Positions 39,401 through 54,400 of a stretch of 64,000 nucleotides of DNA are shown piece by piece. A model generated the notes under the pieces. The model did not search any database and was not told the DNA's origin. It saw only the letters and a list, made by a program, of their open reading frames with translations. This stretch comes from Owenia fusiformis (Eukaryota): positions 2,170,001 to 2,234,000 of the forward strand of contig CAIIXF020000001.1 of assembly GCA_903813345.2 (NCBI GenBank), in the 5' to 3' direction. A program made the position numbers and the translations under genes. Positions within the stretch are counted from its first letter, which is position 1. Each line of letters begins with the position of its first letter.

Positions 39401-42400
39401 GTAGAATATTTACTTAGAGGAAAACAGTCCAGGAAAGGATAACCACCAATACACACTCCGCTTCACTGTTAAGTGTGCCAGCATACCTAAGAATAAAGCC
39501 ATTCCACCTTATGAAACAACCTTCCAGTTCCACAATAGTAAGTACTGTTCTCATCATAATAAAAACATGTGGAAACAGAGGCTTTCAACTTTATTTTGAT
39601 TTTATATTACATTTATTAAGTATTTGTTTAGTAAGTAAAGTAATACATGTACATAAAATGATCATATTAGTATGTACTTAAGATGAATTGTCTCTTTTTC
39701 TACTTGGTTGTATACTTTGAAACAGAAATGTTGGCATTTGGTGCAATATGTTGTGGCATGCATGGCCCTTTTATATTTAATGCAGGTAACACCTGAGAAG
39801 ATTTTGAAAAGCTTTACAAGTGGGCCAAAAAAAATTTTTGATTTGGCATATTTTCATCTGTTTTTTTTCATCAGTTTAATTCCAAAATACAAACTATGAC
39901 ATTTAAATAAACATATCTTATAACATGGCAATAAAACAAACATAAATACTGTACTTTCTCATTTATTAGTGTAAATAAATATTATATGTACAAAAATATT
40001 AAATTGATAGTGAGTTTATTGACGTGGAATATATAAATAGCAAATAATGTACTTCTGGGTATAAATGAATATTAAAACGGCACCAAGTAGCATCAGTTCA
40101 AAACTTGAGCTAAATGAGAAAGATGCATATAAAATCATGTGTTATCATGTGTAAGATATTGTTTATTCATATGTGACATACAATTTCTTTATAATTACAA
40201 TATTATGCTATTAAAAAACGTCCTCATATACAACGTATAACACTTGTTATATGAAAACATTTTAACTTGAATTTGAATATACATGTACATATGTGATTCT
40301 CTCCCTTTAGTGAAATTTACTGGTCTCCAGTGACCAAAGTCATCATTGCAGGACATGCATTAACTGTGCTTGTTCAAAAAGTTTCATGAGGAAACTCTCT
40401 TAACTCAGTTAACAGAATGGACCTATTTCATATTTGTATGGGAGATTATACATGTAGTATGTAAACTATGTAAAGTGGTGTTTAGCCTCATAGCCCTGTT
40501 GAAAGATATAAAATCCATCTGCACCAATAGTTCATATGGCTATTCCAGGTAACAATATCTCAAAAACTGTTCTACTGATCTACATGCCTTGTATTTACAT
40601 TTTTCCTTTGTTAGCACAGCACCATATCTGAAACATTTATTAAGTTATTGAGATGTAGAAACATTGGAAAAGGTTACTTCTATACTTAGCAGTTATGTCC
40701 CTATCATTGAATATATGCCTGAGGTCTGTTATCAATATAGCCCAAGCTTGCGAGGGCTATATTACGACAGACCGAAGGCATATATTCAATGATACGGACA
40801 TAATTGTTGTATTACATACCTTTATTTCCATGGCTACGTTATATCAATGACATCACACGTCCGTTTGCGAGTGAAATTTGGACAAAGTGAAACATGACGT
40901 CATTAGATTGTCATGGTAAAAAAGTTTGGCGGCTGTACAGGAATATATAGCCGACCTTCAGCTCCATTGCCTTCCATACAAATGATTCGCTAGGTATGTA
41001 ATACACATACATATCCAATTCATATCAGTCAGTGTCTGGTTAATAATATCAGTAGTGTCTTCTTGCAGTTTGATGAGTGGAAAATATATGAATTTTAGTA
41101 ATTGAAATAGAATTATTTATCCAGTATTTGGACATGTTTGACAGCAATTTTTTCAAAAAATTTCAGCAGCAAACTGGATATGGCTGATTGGGCATACATA
41201 TTATATCACCACAGGAAGATTTTCATTAAAATTTTGGACAAAATAAGATTTTGGAAAAAAATAATGTTTCTTAAAGCTTCAAATATGAGTGTGTAATGAT
41301 CAAACAATGTAGTTATAATATAACATTCCAACTTACCCAGAGAAATGCCATGTTTGTATCATGATATAACCATTCCTCATTCTATATCCTGTTTGGGCCG
41401 GGACCACTGTGTTATCTCTGTTGTATCTGACCACATGTAGCCTCCCCTTGTGGGCTATAGGTGGTGCTGGGATCATCAGCGTGATGGGCTCCATGAATGA
41501 TGTATCTGGCTGATGTGTGATATGTACAATGTCTCCTATACTAAGTATATTGTCTATAACAGCACTGGTTTTCTTAGCTCCTAATACAACTTCTTGATCC
41601 ACTCTCTCAATCTGGAACAACAATTATCATAGGCTAAAAGGCGATAGAAATAATTTTGGAAATAAAGATGGCCATGCAATCAATCTGGTTTACAGATTTT
41701 TCATTTTTAGTAGAGAATATAATAAGATTCTACCACTGCTGCCATCTTTATATCAGCCTTATGAGCAAAACGTTGAAGGAATAAATAATAGGAGGCATAT
41801 TTGTGTCATCAATCAAACTAAAAGGTTGCAAGTTGAGTTTCAAGTAAATGCAAGAAGTCACGCATCCAATATTGGTTCAATGCCAGTGAGATCACCATAT
41901 TCCCTTCTGATGCAGCCATACAAAGTGTCAATACAAGTACTAGTATAGGAAGAAATGATTTAAGAATTGTAGGATTACCTGCATAGTGAGTTCAACGTGA
42001 TCCAATACAGCCCTTACTGGGTATGTGATCCTGATGTTAGGGTCATGCCTGGACCTATACACCCCACCTACATTGGTCACATAGTAACAATCTTTTTTAA
42101 GCCTGTGTAGGCCTCCAAACCTGCTATGTTGTTTCCTGCGCTCCAAATCAGGGGAGATGACCCCATGGTCAGGGCTCTGTGGTTGCCCATCTATAAAACT
42201 AGAAACAGAAATAAATACACATTTTCTTCTGCCCAACTCTAAATATGGGATTTGTATGCATTTTACATTTTTTCATGGAAGAAGTGACATTTTATATTGG
42301 TTGACATGTTCATTTATATAATAGGGGTTTGTATTGTTTCATTTTCAAATGTTGCCATTTGTCTTTTTCATTTTACTGAGGATTTTTGATCTCTTACCAC

Positions 42401-45400
42401 ATCATTGGTTACAAGACTGGGTCCTCTGTTTCTCTTAAAGAAATATTTGGCTTGATTCAAGTTCTATATTTGTTGTTGCAACAATTAAATGACCTACTTT
42501 TTGTTGAATAATCCTTTGTGTGAGATGACAGGTTGAAGTAGTTCCTCATTCAATAATGCCTCCACTTGGTTACATACACCCAGTAATTTAAAGTCAGTAC
42601 CCTTAACAACCCTTTCTCCTCCATTGAGATAATCTGCAGCCCTTGGTGTTGTAGATTCAGTATAACTTGGTCTTGATGGTTCATCCTGGAGATATTGTGA
42701 TCTATGTGGATTGCTATGGTTACCATCACTATGGTAACCCAATCGTTCTTGTTCATCAATCATATAGTCTGGTCTTGGTGACTTTCTGAAGTCTGAACTC
42801 TGTGGGGGTTTGGTGGGGTGTGATAGGGGATCAGGATCAAGAGAAAGGATATCAGTCATTGATGTGTTTAGAGTGAATGCTGTGTCGGTGTATTCCAATT
42901 CAGTGTCACTTTGTATTGCACCATGAGTGTAGTGTCCATGCCTGTCAATAGCCATGTCCATGTATTGCTTGTGCTTTGGAAAATACATTGCATGTGATTT
43001 CCTACCAGTTGGGTAATCAGGAACTAAGTTTTCAGTGTCTATATCTGTGATATCAGCCTCACTGTGGCGTATTGTACTCCCATCATTGGCAGCCAGAGAT
43101 GAGGCAAGATTCCTATGATGTACATCGCCATTTGGTGTGAATTGATTTGAACGATACATCAAATCACCATTTGACTTAGATCTATGTTTCAGCTTGAGAT
43201 CACCATTATGTTGAGCTGTGGGTTGTTTGTGCCTTATATCACCATTAGCGTGTGCTTTGTATTGTTTGTATTTGAGATCACCATTGGATCGAGATGACAC
43301 CAGTTGTCTGTTGCTATAGGTTGTACTGGATGGGAAGGTTTTAAGGGGTATGGTCGATTCATCCAAATCTGGCTTGGAAGTATATAAGGAGACTGGGCTT
43401 GGCTTGGTTGAGAATCCATATGAATGTCTGTCATGTTGACTGAGTTTGTGGTGGTGTTGTAGATCTTGCTCTATATGCTCATTCTGGCGCCTTCTCTGCT
43501 CCATGAGGTAACGTTCTTTCACCTTAAATCAGAAATGACAATATTTCATTTCAAGGATAAGAATCTTTGAGTTTCTCTTTTTCCTTAGTGAGGAACAAAT
43601 CAGATATTTTATTGTTGGCTCTTTTAATTAACTTAATTTATGGTTCAGACAGTGCAATATAGCATCATCCATGTTTATAACTTCATGTACAGCATACTAC
43701 TTATATGATTTGTTCAGATATGCGATTGTGAGATTCCTAGTCAGAGAGCATCTTTTTCATATATCACAATTTAAGAACATTTCTGGCTCATTATTCCTTG
43801 CCATTTCTATTTTCTAAAAAACATGATTGGTCCATATTTTATTTCATGGAATCTAGAGTTGAGATTTTAGAGATTGAATCCATACTAATAATTGAAGAAT
43901 TTGATCATCCAAGTTTTAAATCGTAATTTGATATAAACTGTGTAATAAAGTACTACAGTTCCCTATAGCTTTTTAATAACTCTTTTATTTTAAACTGACC
44001 TGTCTTCTTCTATACTGTGAGCTTGAACTGTTAACTGTGGCCATCAGCGATGATGTCACAGTCTCATTGTCATTGTAGAATTGAGGTTTAACAATACTGT
44101 CAGGGCTGTTATGTGCTGCCAAGGCTAAATTATGTTTGGGTTTCACACCATTATGGGCAGCAGCGTGGTCATTCTTCTCATAGCCTTTTCTACCAGTCTT
44201 GGGTGTTCTACAAAAGTAATTGTAGCAGAGTTATAGTAGTTATTTATTCATGTACAATCATTATACAAATGGTGCAGAAACTTAGATCCCCAATAAGGTA
44301 ATAGATACGGATGCTTCAAATGTAAGCAGGGATCTTCTTAATTTTAAAGCATGTGCTCAACCCACTTGAGATTTTGAAGAGGCTTGCACCAATCTGAAAA
44401 TCAATTTATGCTCACTTGAAAATACTCAAGATAAAGTTTGGTTGGGATTACAAACATGAGAATTTTTTACCCATTTGAAAAATACTATTTAGGAAAAACA
44501 CTGCATTTCATTTTTCATTTGTTTCTTCTCAGTATACTTACTTTTGGTGCTGATTTTTCCCATGGTTGTCATACTTCTTGTAGTATTTGTTAATCTCATC
44601 TTTGTATTTCTTATCATTGCTGCCAGGATTGCTGTTCCTTAACCTGTTCCTTGTGAAGAACTTTGAGAGAGTTTTCTGCCAGAAACTTGGTCTTCTCGCA
44701 TTATTAACCTGACCCTGTCCATCTGAATCAGCGTCATCATAAACGCTATCTGGTATTTCAGATGGTGAGTGGATTCTGTCACTTACAGGAATATGGTTCT
44801 GTTCTGGTGGTCTTGATTCATCTGGGACTTCAATGTTACAATGAGATCTTGGTGTTGGTTTAATAGAGTTGATATCATTAGTGTCGGGGTCTGTAAGTTT
44901 AATCACATTTCCTCTGTGTTCAACCTTATTTCCCTTAATGTTGAAAAACTCAAGGTTGTCTAATTCATCAATGACTTGAGGTAAGCTGGTTAATTTGTTG
45001 TTCCCCAGGTCTAATGTCTTCAGGTCTTTCAGCAGTATGATATCCTGGGATATGTATGATATGCGATTCCCATTTAGCTTCAATCTCTCTAAATTAGGCA
45101 GGTTATATATACCAACAGGCATGCTTTCTAGGTCATTATTGTTTGCATTTAGGTATGATAGCCTCTTCATTTTGTTCACTGAGAAATGCTTCATTCTGTT
45201 GTCCGCAATGTTTAGGTATTCTAATGACTCTAGGTTATTTGGTAGAGCCAGGAGTTCATTCCCTTGGAGCTGGAGAGTCACTAACTTGGTTAACTTCGTC
45301 AGCCTGGGTGGCACATATCTTAACTTATTATCTGCTATGTTTAATACATGGAGATTCTTCAATGTTGAGATTATTGGTGGTATTGTTTCCATTTTGTTAC

Positions 45401-48400
45401 CTCCAATATTTAGATCCTTAAGGTGTTTCAGGTTTCCCATTTCAGATGGGACATTCAACAACTTGTTATTTTTCATATTGAGAGTTTCTACATTTTTCAT
45501 TGCACATACGCAGAATGGGATTTCCTCAAACAAGTTGGAGCTGAGGTTGATATGCTTCATATGTCTAAGACTCTGCAAGGAGAATGGTAGATGCCAGAGT
45601 CTATTCCCCTCCAAGTTAATATACCTGAGGTTATGACACTCTCCCACTGCATGAGGAATGCTCTCAAATTGATTATGGGAAATATTGAGAGTATGTAGAT
45701 TCTTGAAGTTTGAGAAACGTGCTGGAAGAGATGTGATGTGATTATTGTGTAGGTGTAACTCCTGTATGTAATGACAGTTTGTGATTGTATCTGGGAGAGA
45801 TATCAGCTCATTATTATGTAGATCCAGCACTTTTAGATGGTGCAAGTGTGACACTGCAGATGATAACAACCGAATCTTATTCCCATGCAGTTTCAGAATC
45901 TCGATACGTGAGAAATTGAAAATCTCCTTTGGAGCTTCTCTGAAGTCGCGATGAGCTAGATTAAGCTCTACCAATCCTTCTTTATTGAGCGTGACATGAA
46001 TTCTCATCCTCCTTGGGTTGGTCCTAGGGGACTTAATCATCTCATTTTGACCGCTATAATCATCCATATGTCCAAGCATATAGGGGATTTCTCCAGCCAT
46101 ACTTGTCTTTGGTTTATCTTGCTAGGAGTGATACAGTTTACATAAGCATTGTCTTCATCAGAATTCTTCTTTTAGAATATTTATGTGGTTGGTTTACAAA
46201 ATCATCTTCTTTTAGCATTTTGTTGCTCATCATGTTAGTTTGCAGTTGGTGTTATCTGAAAAACATTTAAGCAATATGTTTGAATATAGGATAACTAACA
46301 TAGCTTTAATTGCAATAATCTAATATATCATTGCTCAGAATGTTAGCTTTACCTCACTAATCCCTCATCATATGTTTGTCCTATTAAGCCATATTAGTAC
46401 AAATCAGAGAATTTAAATAAATATATACATAACATGTAACTAGTGAGATGTTAGTCATACTCATCTACGCAGTGTTGTTTGTTATTTTGAAAATGGAATT
46501 GATTATTTATCGATTTTGTTTGACCTTAATTAAAAGTAGATGTATATAAAGGTCTATAAATCTCCCATAATTGTGAACATTAGGATTCTTAATATATTCT
46601 AAGTTTATTTAAGGGAATGTAACATCTGCAGAGTCTGAAAATTGATTTTAAATCATTCTGCTGTATACAAATTTTGTAATTCTATGCAAATCCATGTATG
46701 CTTATGCACAAAGATAGTCACTGTATAGGATAAAGATGCCTACAAGCTATTCTAAGTAAAAAGGCACAATCATAATATCTATTTTCCAATAGTGGAACCT
46801 CGGATGATAGTTTGATTAGGTTTGGATTAGGTATGATTAGGTTAGGATTAGGTTACATGAATGAGCATGATAGAAGAAAGTTGATATATTTTGTTTTTCT
46901 TTTGTGAAGGATAAAAACCATGTTGTTAATATTGATTTCCACTGCAATTTATCAATGCAAATGAACAGGTTTAGTTAATAGGAGCAAATTAATGAAATTG
47001 CGATACAGAGTATTGATCCAACAAAAATGTGTTGCCATTTATTTATCTGATAATGCAATTAATCAGAATAATTTGAGATTTGTATTGTGTGGTTTAGACA
47101 GAATATTTAGATTTTGCATGAAGCGATATCTGTGTTGTTGTCTAAAGGAATGTCATGCACCAGCTGTCTCAGATAGAAATTTAACATGTTTATGGTTTAA
47201 TATAGAATGTTTAATTATTTTTTAGAACTTTGGGTATGATATCCAGGATACATTGGTCCATTTAATTCTTTCATTGAACTTTCTTCTACCATTTTACCTC
47301 TGCAAGTCAACTGAGTTACTGTTGGCTAATATTTTGAATATTAAACTGCTACATTACCTTTCAAGAGGGGACAAAATTGATACCCCTAATGTTTTTAGCT
47401 CGTGATTGTGAGATGTGATTGTTGTTTATTTATTCCATATATTCCAAACATAAGTGATGATGACTGAAAATATCTACATTGACTGGAATCTGAATGCAGG
47501 GTACATCTCTAATAGTCTCTCACCTAATTGATCCTATGTTGTACCTTATATTACCTATTGCTCTGAGTTCCATATCAAACAAGTAGGTTAACGCAAGTTT
47601 ATCCATATCTGATTCCAGTGAGTACTACTTGAAACTTCCTGGAGTTATTGAACCTATTAAAGACCTTGTGTATGTCACATGACCAAATCAATAGCAGGTC
47701 ATGTGACTTGTAAGCAGGGCTAATCAATTTCACATCATGTCATCTTTGTATATCCGATATTTTTAGCTGCTTTTCAAAAGAAGCGTGTTTCAAATAAAAT
47801 AACATAGGAATGATGCATTGATTGCTACCGAGGAAAAATCATTCTGCCTTGACACCAGTTTACTTTTCCGATGTTTTCCTATATGCAATGAAGAACTCTA
47901 TAGCATAGGAATGAACCATATATGAAATATTCATGGGCACAATCCACATGGGAATTGTTTAGTTCCATTTTAATTAATTTCTATTAGCTTGTTGCATGCT
48001 GTAAGATTGGCGTTATTATTTCAAAGAACTCAGATTTGAGAAAGTTTCCTTCCATAATATATAAGTATATGACCCATATTATTTATCAATTTCATGAAAA
48101 TTAAAAACTTCTAGAAACATACCATACATATTACCAATTCTAAGACATTTTTGTATATCTAACTATAGTGCACTAATTTTGAAATTTCAACTTTCACAAT
48201 GGAAAACTTCTATATTCTTTTTTATTACTTTACATCATTTAACATGTGCAGTTGTGAACTTTAAAGAGTTTACATTGACTCTTGAGAGAAAGCCACAGAT
48301 GACTTTTTAACATTATTTTAACAATAAACTTATACCTGTCATCCATAGCTATTGCAAGTGCACTCCATTCAACTCTTGATATTCCAAAATTTCATGATAT

Positions 48401-51400
48401 TTTTAACATCAGTTCAGTTGTAAACTGTAATCCAAGGGAAAGCAGAATTTCACTTATAAGCTGTTTATTCAAATGTGTTCCTTACAAATCTTGATCTGTG
48501 TAATCTGCTAATGTGCTCACCACTCCCTTCGGCATCTTTCAAGTCTTAGTTCCCCATCGTAAATAATTAAAAGACATTGGAACGAGATTAATTATTTATA
48601 TAAAGTCTCATGTAGAAATCATATAACTGTAGCTAGTTATAATCAATAGAACTATGCTGAACCAATACTATCATGTATTAGTGTTTCATTAAAAGATTAA
48701 TAAAATGATTTATGGGTATGTAGGCCTTTGAGTTGCTGGGTTGTGGAGGTTACCTTGGTTACGCATCAATGTTGTTCCTAATAAACTGTTTAAATAGTGT
48801 AATTGCACTATAATGTTTTCAGGAAATATACGATTTTCCTATTAGAAGACAAGTTAGACATAAAAATCTACTTCTCGTAAGAATGAATAATAAAGTATAT
48901 AGTGATGGTTTCTAAGATTTGGAAATTGCTATGTGATGTACTTTTGTTGATTATTATTAATTTGAAAACATGATTAACGTACAGCAAAACCCAATTTGTC
49001 TTATCTGAACACTTTTTGGACCAGCCAAAAGTATTCTGAATAACAGGTGTTCACATTTCAAGGTTTCTTTAACAAAGAAGCCAATGGGAGATTAATACAG
49101 AGAAAGTGTTCACATTGAGAGATGTTCCCATTACAGAGGTGTTCAGATATATAAAGGTTTTACTGTATTTGTTATATATTATCAGAGAGAAACATACTGT
49201 GATTTAAATGTACTTGTTGTCACTTAGCAGAAGCTTCATATTTTTGTCACAAAGCACACATCAGATTAGTGTTCTTTTATTCTCAAAATGTCACATTATA
49301 TTATTATAATATTTGGCCTATTAATCATGCAGCATGTGTATGTGTATTTAAGATGTGAAGAAACAGAGCCAGATGGCCTCCTTTAGTAAGGAGAGGGACA
49401 CTTTAAAAGACACCATAGAGGCCTATAGATCATGGTTTGAAACAGCCGAACAACTTGTCAATGAGCTAACAGGTAGGTGGTTATAGAATACTGTTGCTGT
49501 AGCATTAGAAACAATTCACTATGATGTCAACTATGATCTATAGCAATGATGCATGCTGGGATTTAATACAGTGCATATTAGTGAATTTGTTCGGTCTCAT
49601 AAAGAATCCCATCCGAAATCTCAACTTTGATGCTTTATTCATATTACATAAGAATATTCTGAGTAACATTTATATCATGCAATTTTATGTTATGTTTACA
49701 TTGTAATGTTATTCAGCATTTACATTACAATCATATGTTATGTTGTTTTTATGTGTATTGTAGTGTCCAAGCATGAAGCTAACCTAGAAGAACAAAGATT
49801 GAGAAATGAGTTACGTAAACAGAATGTTCCTGTTTCTCACCTTGCTTCTGTGAGTATTCTACAGTCTACTAGATTTAACATTATATTTACTTACGGTCAA
49901 ATCATTTAAAATTGAAAAAACGTCGACCTTTTCAATTTTCGGGTAACATCAAACATCATAGGATTAACCTGACATAAAGTCAGAATAGTTGGATGTTTTA
50001 GAAAATAGGCATGGCAATGCTTTGTCATGGCAACTTGTTCTCAAACTTCTAACCAAATTTTATGTGTTAGCAGCGCAGGCCCGTAGCCAGGATTTGCCAA
50101 GGGGGGTTCAGTTTTCAAAAATTTCCAGGGGGGTTCACATTTGACAATTTTGGCCCAAATATGGCTAAAATCACTTGAGAAATGCTCAAAATGGTGAAAA
50201 ACTGCATGATTTTGAAAGAATTTTTGGCCAGGGGGGGGGGGTTCGCCCGAACCCTGCGAACCCCCCCTGGCTACGGGCCTGCAGCGTAACAATTGTCATA
50301 GTGATTACAATATTCCAGCCAAATACAGTAAAGGGTCTGGTAGCAACACGGACAGCTGAGCGAGACACCATGTTAGATAAGCCTCGTAGAATGTGTGGAC
50401 TGCAACCAGCTCCTAAACATAAAGAGGTTTTAGGAAAGGTCAGTCATCTTCTTCGATTTTATTTATATATTCTGTAAACTGTATTGGAAAAAATGTTATG
50501 AGATTTTTCTGAGTTTTGAATTCTAAACAGCAGGAATTTGTAAGTAAATAGGAGTAAACAGTCTGTCACTTGTTCAGTGATATCAACTTGTTGGAGTGTA
50601 CTATATCACTGTTTCGTAGAAGCCTTATTATAATGATTACATATTCTATGTTTTAGATTGCTCACCTTGCTCAGGTAGAAGATGCTGCAATAGCTCGTGT
50701 GTTGTCCTGGCACATGTCGGCAGACATGGACTGCGTAGTCACATTAACCACGAAAAAAGCCAAGGTTAGTTGAAAGCAGTGTTCGGTTCATTCTGGGACT
50801 GTAGATGTGAACTTGTAAATCCCTTTTCGTTTGCTTGGCATTTGATGGCGTTTAATGAAGCTGTGCTAAACAGGAAAATAGTTTCAATTAGGTCCCAGTA
50901 TAAAGCATTTTAGTTACAATTTTGTCTTCACTTAGCTGAGATATGTTGTTCCTCTCTGCTATAAAGGGAAGTACTCAACCTTACAAAGCCAGATTACTTT
51001 TATGTTTAAATGTTTTCTAGGCAAGAAAGATATGAGGCCACCATATTATATTTAAGGATATTTCTATTTTATTGTGTTGCAGGAAATCTACAATGTCTCC
51101 AATGGCAAACAACAGGTGCTTCCCATTGACAGTATTTACAAGAAAAATGTGCCAGATTGGAACAGGTAATACAATTGGATTATTATATCAGTTAGAATGA
51201 AATGATGTATGAGTGACAGTGACGCTTAATTCTAGAGGCTTTTGTTTTACATTAGCTGTTTCAGTATCATCAATGCACTTCCAATCTTCATTTGTTTCAC
51301 CCAGTTCAATTCAGATCGGTAGGGAATCAGGGTTATCACATCTTACTCACTGATACTGTCAGCTCAACACATAACACATTATCTGTCTTATCCATTGTCA

Positions 51401-54400
51401 TAAACTTTGAAATATACACATAAGGATATGATAATATAAATGTTGTAGACCGATGCCTCACAGCAAAGTGAAGCCAGGTTGGAAACCCCCTGGACATCCT
51501 GTTTATGCAAGACATCTCCTAGAGTTCCCATTGGAAGAGGAACATTGTAGAATAGGTAAGTCCTGTTCACATTTGTTTCTGAATCAATTGATCTCATATG
51601 AATGATTTGTATGCATGAACCATAAGTTTTTAAAACAGAAGGTCACATATTGTTAAATAGCCATTTGTAGGGATTTGAATTTCGTGTCTGTATTTAGACA
51701 TCTGTAATTCCACTTTTATAACCATTTGCAAAAAAACACCAAGGTGTAACATTTAATGCCTTGTATTTTCTTACTTTTATTGTGGATATAAAGCTAGACA
51801 TTGCAATTAGATGATATAGGCTTGTATATGTTCTTTCAGTTTTTGGTATGCTGTTAGGAGACACACTCATTCTGGACACCCTAGATCATGCAAACTCATA
51901 CAGACAAGAGGTATTCAAATCTCATTTATTACCTTGCATGGGTGAAATACTCATACATTTCAAATCCTCCAATTCCATTCGAAATGTGTCTTTTTTGAAG
52001 TACCATAATGTTTTCTGTAAGTGGCATCTTAAAAGCTTGACCTGATTCCAAATTTTTCCCAAAATTGATCCGAATATATCTCTTGCATAATCACCAACTT
52101 GTACTATGTTTCACAATTGTGTACTTATATTTCCTAATTGCAGATAGTCAAGTTCACCCACTGTCCCACTATACTGACAAGAACTGGAGATCGAGTACGC
52201 AGTAATGGCAAGTTTGGAGGGATGATGAACAAGGCAGTGCCAATAGAGAAGTTAAGGGGGGCTGTATTCAGTGAACCATTACCAGTGGCCTACCATGCAG
52301 TCTGCACACAAATAGGTAGGCAATAGAGAAGTTAAGAGGGGCTGTATTCAGTGAACCATTACCAGTGGCCTACCATGCAGTTTGCACACAAATAGGTAGG
52401 CAATAGAGAAGTTAAGGGGGGCTGTATTCAGTGAACCATTACCAGTGGCCTACCATGCAGTCTGTACACAAATAGGTAGGCAATAGAGAAGTTAAGGGGG
52501 GCTGTATTCAGTGAACCATTACCAGTGGCCTACCATGCAGTCTGTACACAAATAGGTAGGCAATAGAGAAGTTAAGGGGGGCTGTATTCAGTGAACCATT
52601 ACCAGTGGCCTACCATGCAGTTTGCACATAAATAGGTAGGCAATAGAGAAGTTAAGGGGGGCTGTATTCAGTGAACCATTACCAGTGGCCTACCATGCAG
52701 TCTGTACACCAATAGGTAGGCAATAGAGAAGTTAAGGGGGGCTGTATTCAGTGAACCATTACCAGTGGCCTACCATGCAGTTTGCACACAAATAGGTAGG
52801 CAATAGAGAAGTTAAGGGGGGCTGTATTCAGTGAACCATTACCAGTGGCCTACCATGCAGTTTGCACACAAATAGGTAGGCAATAGAGAAGTTAAGAGGG
52901 GCTGTATTCAGTGAACCATTACCAGTGGCCTACCATGCAGTTTGCACACAAATAGGTAGGCAATAGAGAAGTTAAGGGGGGCTGTATTCAGTGAACCATT
53001 ACCAGTGGCCTACCATGCAGTCTGTACACAAATAGGTAGGCAATAGAGAAGTTAAGGGGGGCTGTATTCAGTGAACCATTACCAGTGGCCTACCATGCAG
53101 TCTGTACACAAATAGGTAGGCAATAGAGAAGTTAAGGGGGGCTGTATTCAGTGAACCATTACCAGTGGCCTACCATGCAGTTTGCACACAAATAGGTAGG
53201 CAATAGAGAAGTTAAGGGGGGCTGTATTCAGTGAACCATTACCAGTGGCCTACCATGCAGTTTGCACACAAATAGGTAGGCATGTCAGACTAGGAACACG
53301 CATGTACTGGAGCTATGAAAAGAAAACCTTAGATAATCAGAGAATAAAATAGATCCTGTTAAGGGGTCCCGTTAATGCTTGTGGTAAAAAGTACTCTCAA
53401 CTGTAAAAAATTTAGGAGCGAGTTCATTATGTAGCAATTTGTTATGAATTGATCACCGACATAATATCAATCAGTGGATCCACATTAAGATCTGTATCAC
53501 TAATATGTACAAATAATGGTAATATTCAGGATTCAGTCTCTTTGGAGCTATAACATTCCCAGAAACAAATAACTGTTTGGAAACCATGCACTACAAAGCA
53601 ACCAACCACTGTCTGCCTTCTCTATCCCATATACTCTATCCCATATACTTTAGCTCCCATTGACTTTTTTCAGATACCTTACAAGACTATTGCAATGCCA
53701 TGGAGAGGAACATCTCAGCAACCAATGAGCTTCAAGAACAGCTGGAAAAGCAGAAGCAACCAGATGAACAGGCAAAGAAACGTGAATATGAAGAAGCCAA
53801 GGAGCAACTAGCTGAGATTGAACGAAAAATGGGTAGGGCTTAGATTTTAACAACCAAATGCTGCTGAAATAAATCTTGAAAGTATTTGCTTTCTTTTTTA
53901 GAAGTGCATGTTAGTGGATCATTTGTTGATCTTATTGATCTTATTAATGTCCATTTTTCTTGGAATGATACCTAAACTGTCAATATGTTGAGTATTAAAG
54001 GACCAGTAATAGAACTACTTAGAATTGTTCTTAGATATAAGCCTGGTGAATTTGCCTTTTTAATGACTTCATACGCTTGATTAGGAAATACACCTTCTTA
54101 TATTTGGGTCACAAGTATGACATAGACCAATCAGAGAGTTGGTGATATGACAGAGAAGTAATATTGTATGTTATGTGTAAAATTTTATGTTATAAGTTAA
54201 AGTAGAAAATAAAAATATACGTGCATGTAACATCTAAATGCTCTGCTTGCAGGGATGATACCACCAGTAATGAAGCGATCAGCAAGCAATCACGATGAAG
54301 AGCCTGTTGTAAAGAAACCAGCCTTAACACCAGCAAAGTCACCCAAACAATCAGGTAACATGTCACCCTTCAACCCTTGTATGTGTTAAAAACAACAGTC

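Noticed and set aside
44995-45636. 213-aa plus-strand ORF
   Set aside because: Antisense shadow of the LRR exon with no recognisable domain.
52241-53280. CRISPR-like regular array
   Set aside because: There are no unique spacers; whole units are identical copies of exon sequence in a eukaryotic gene.
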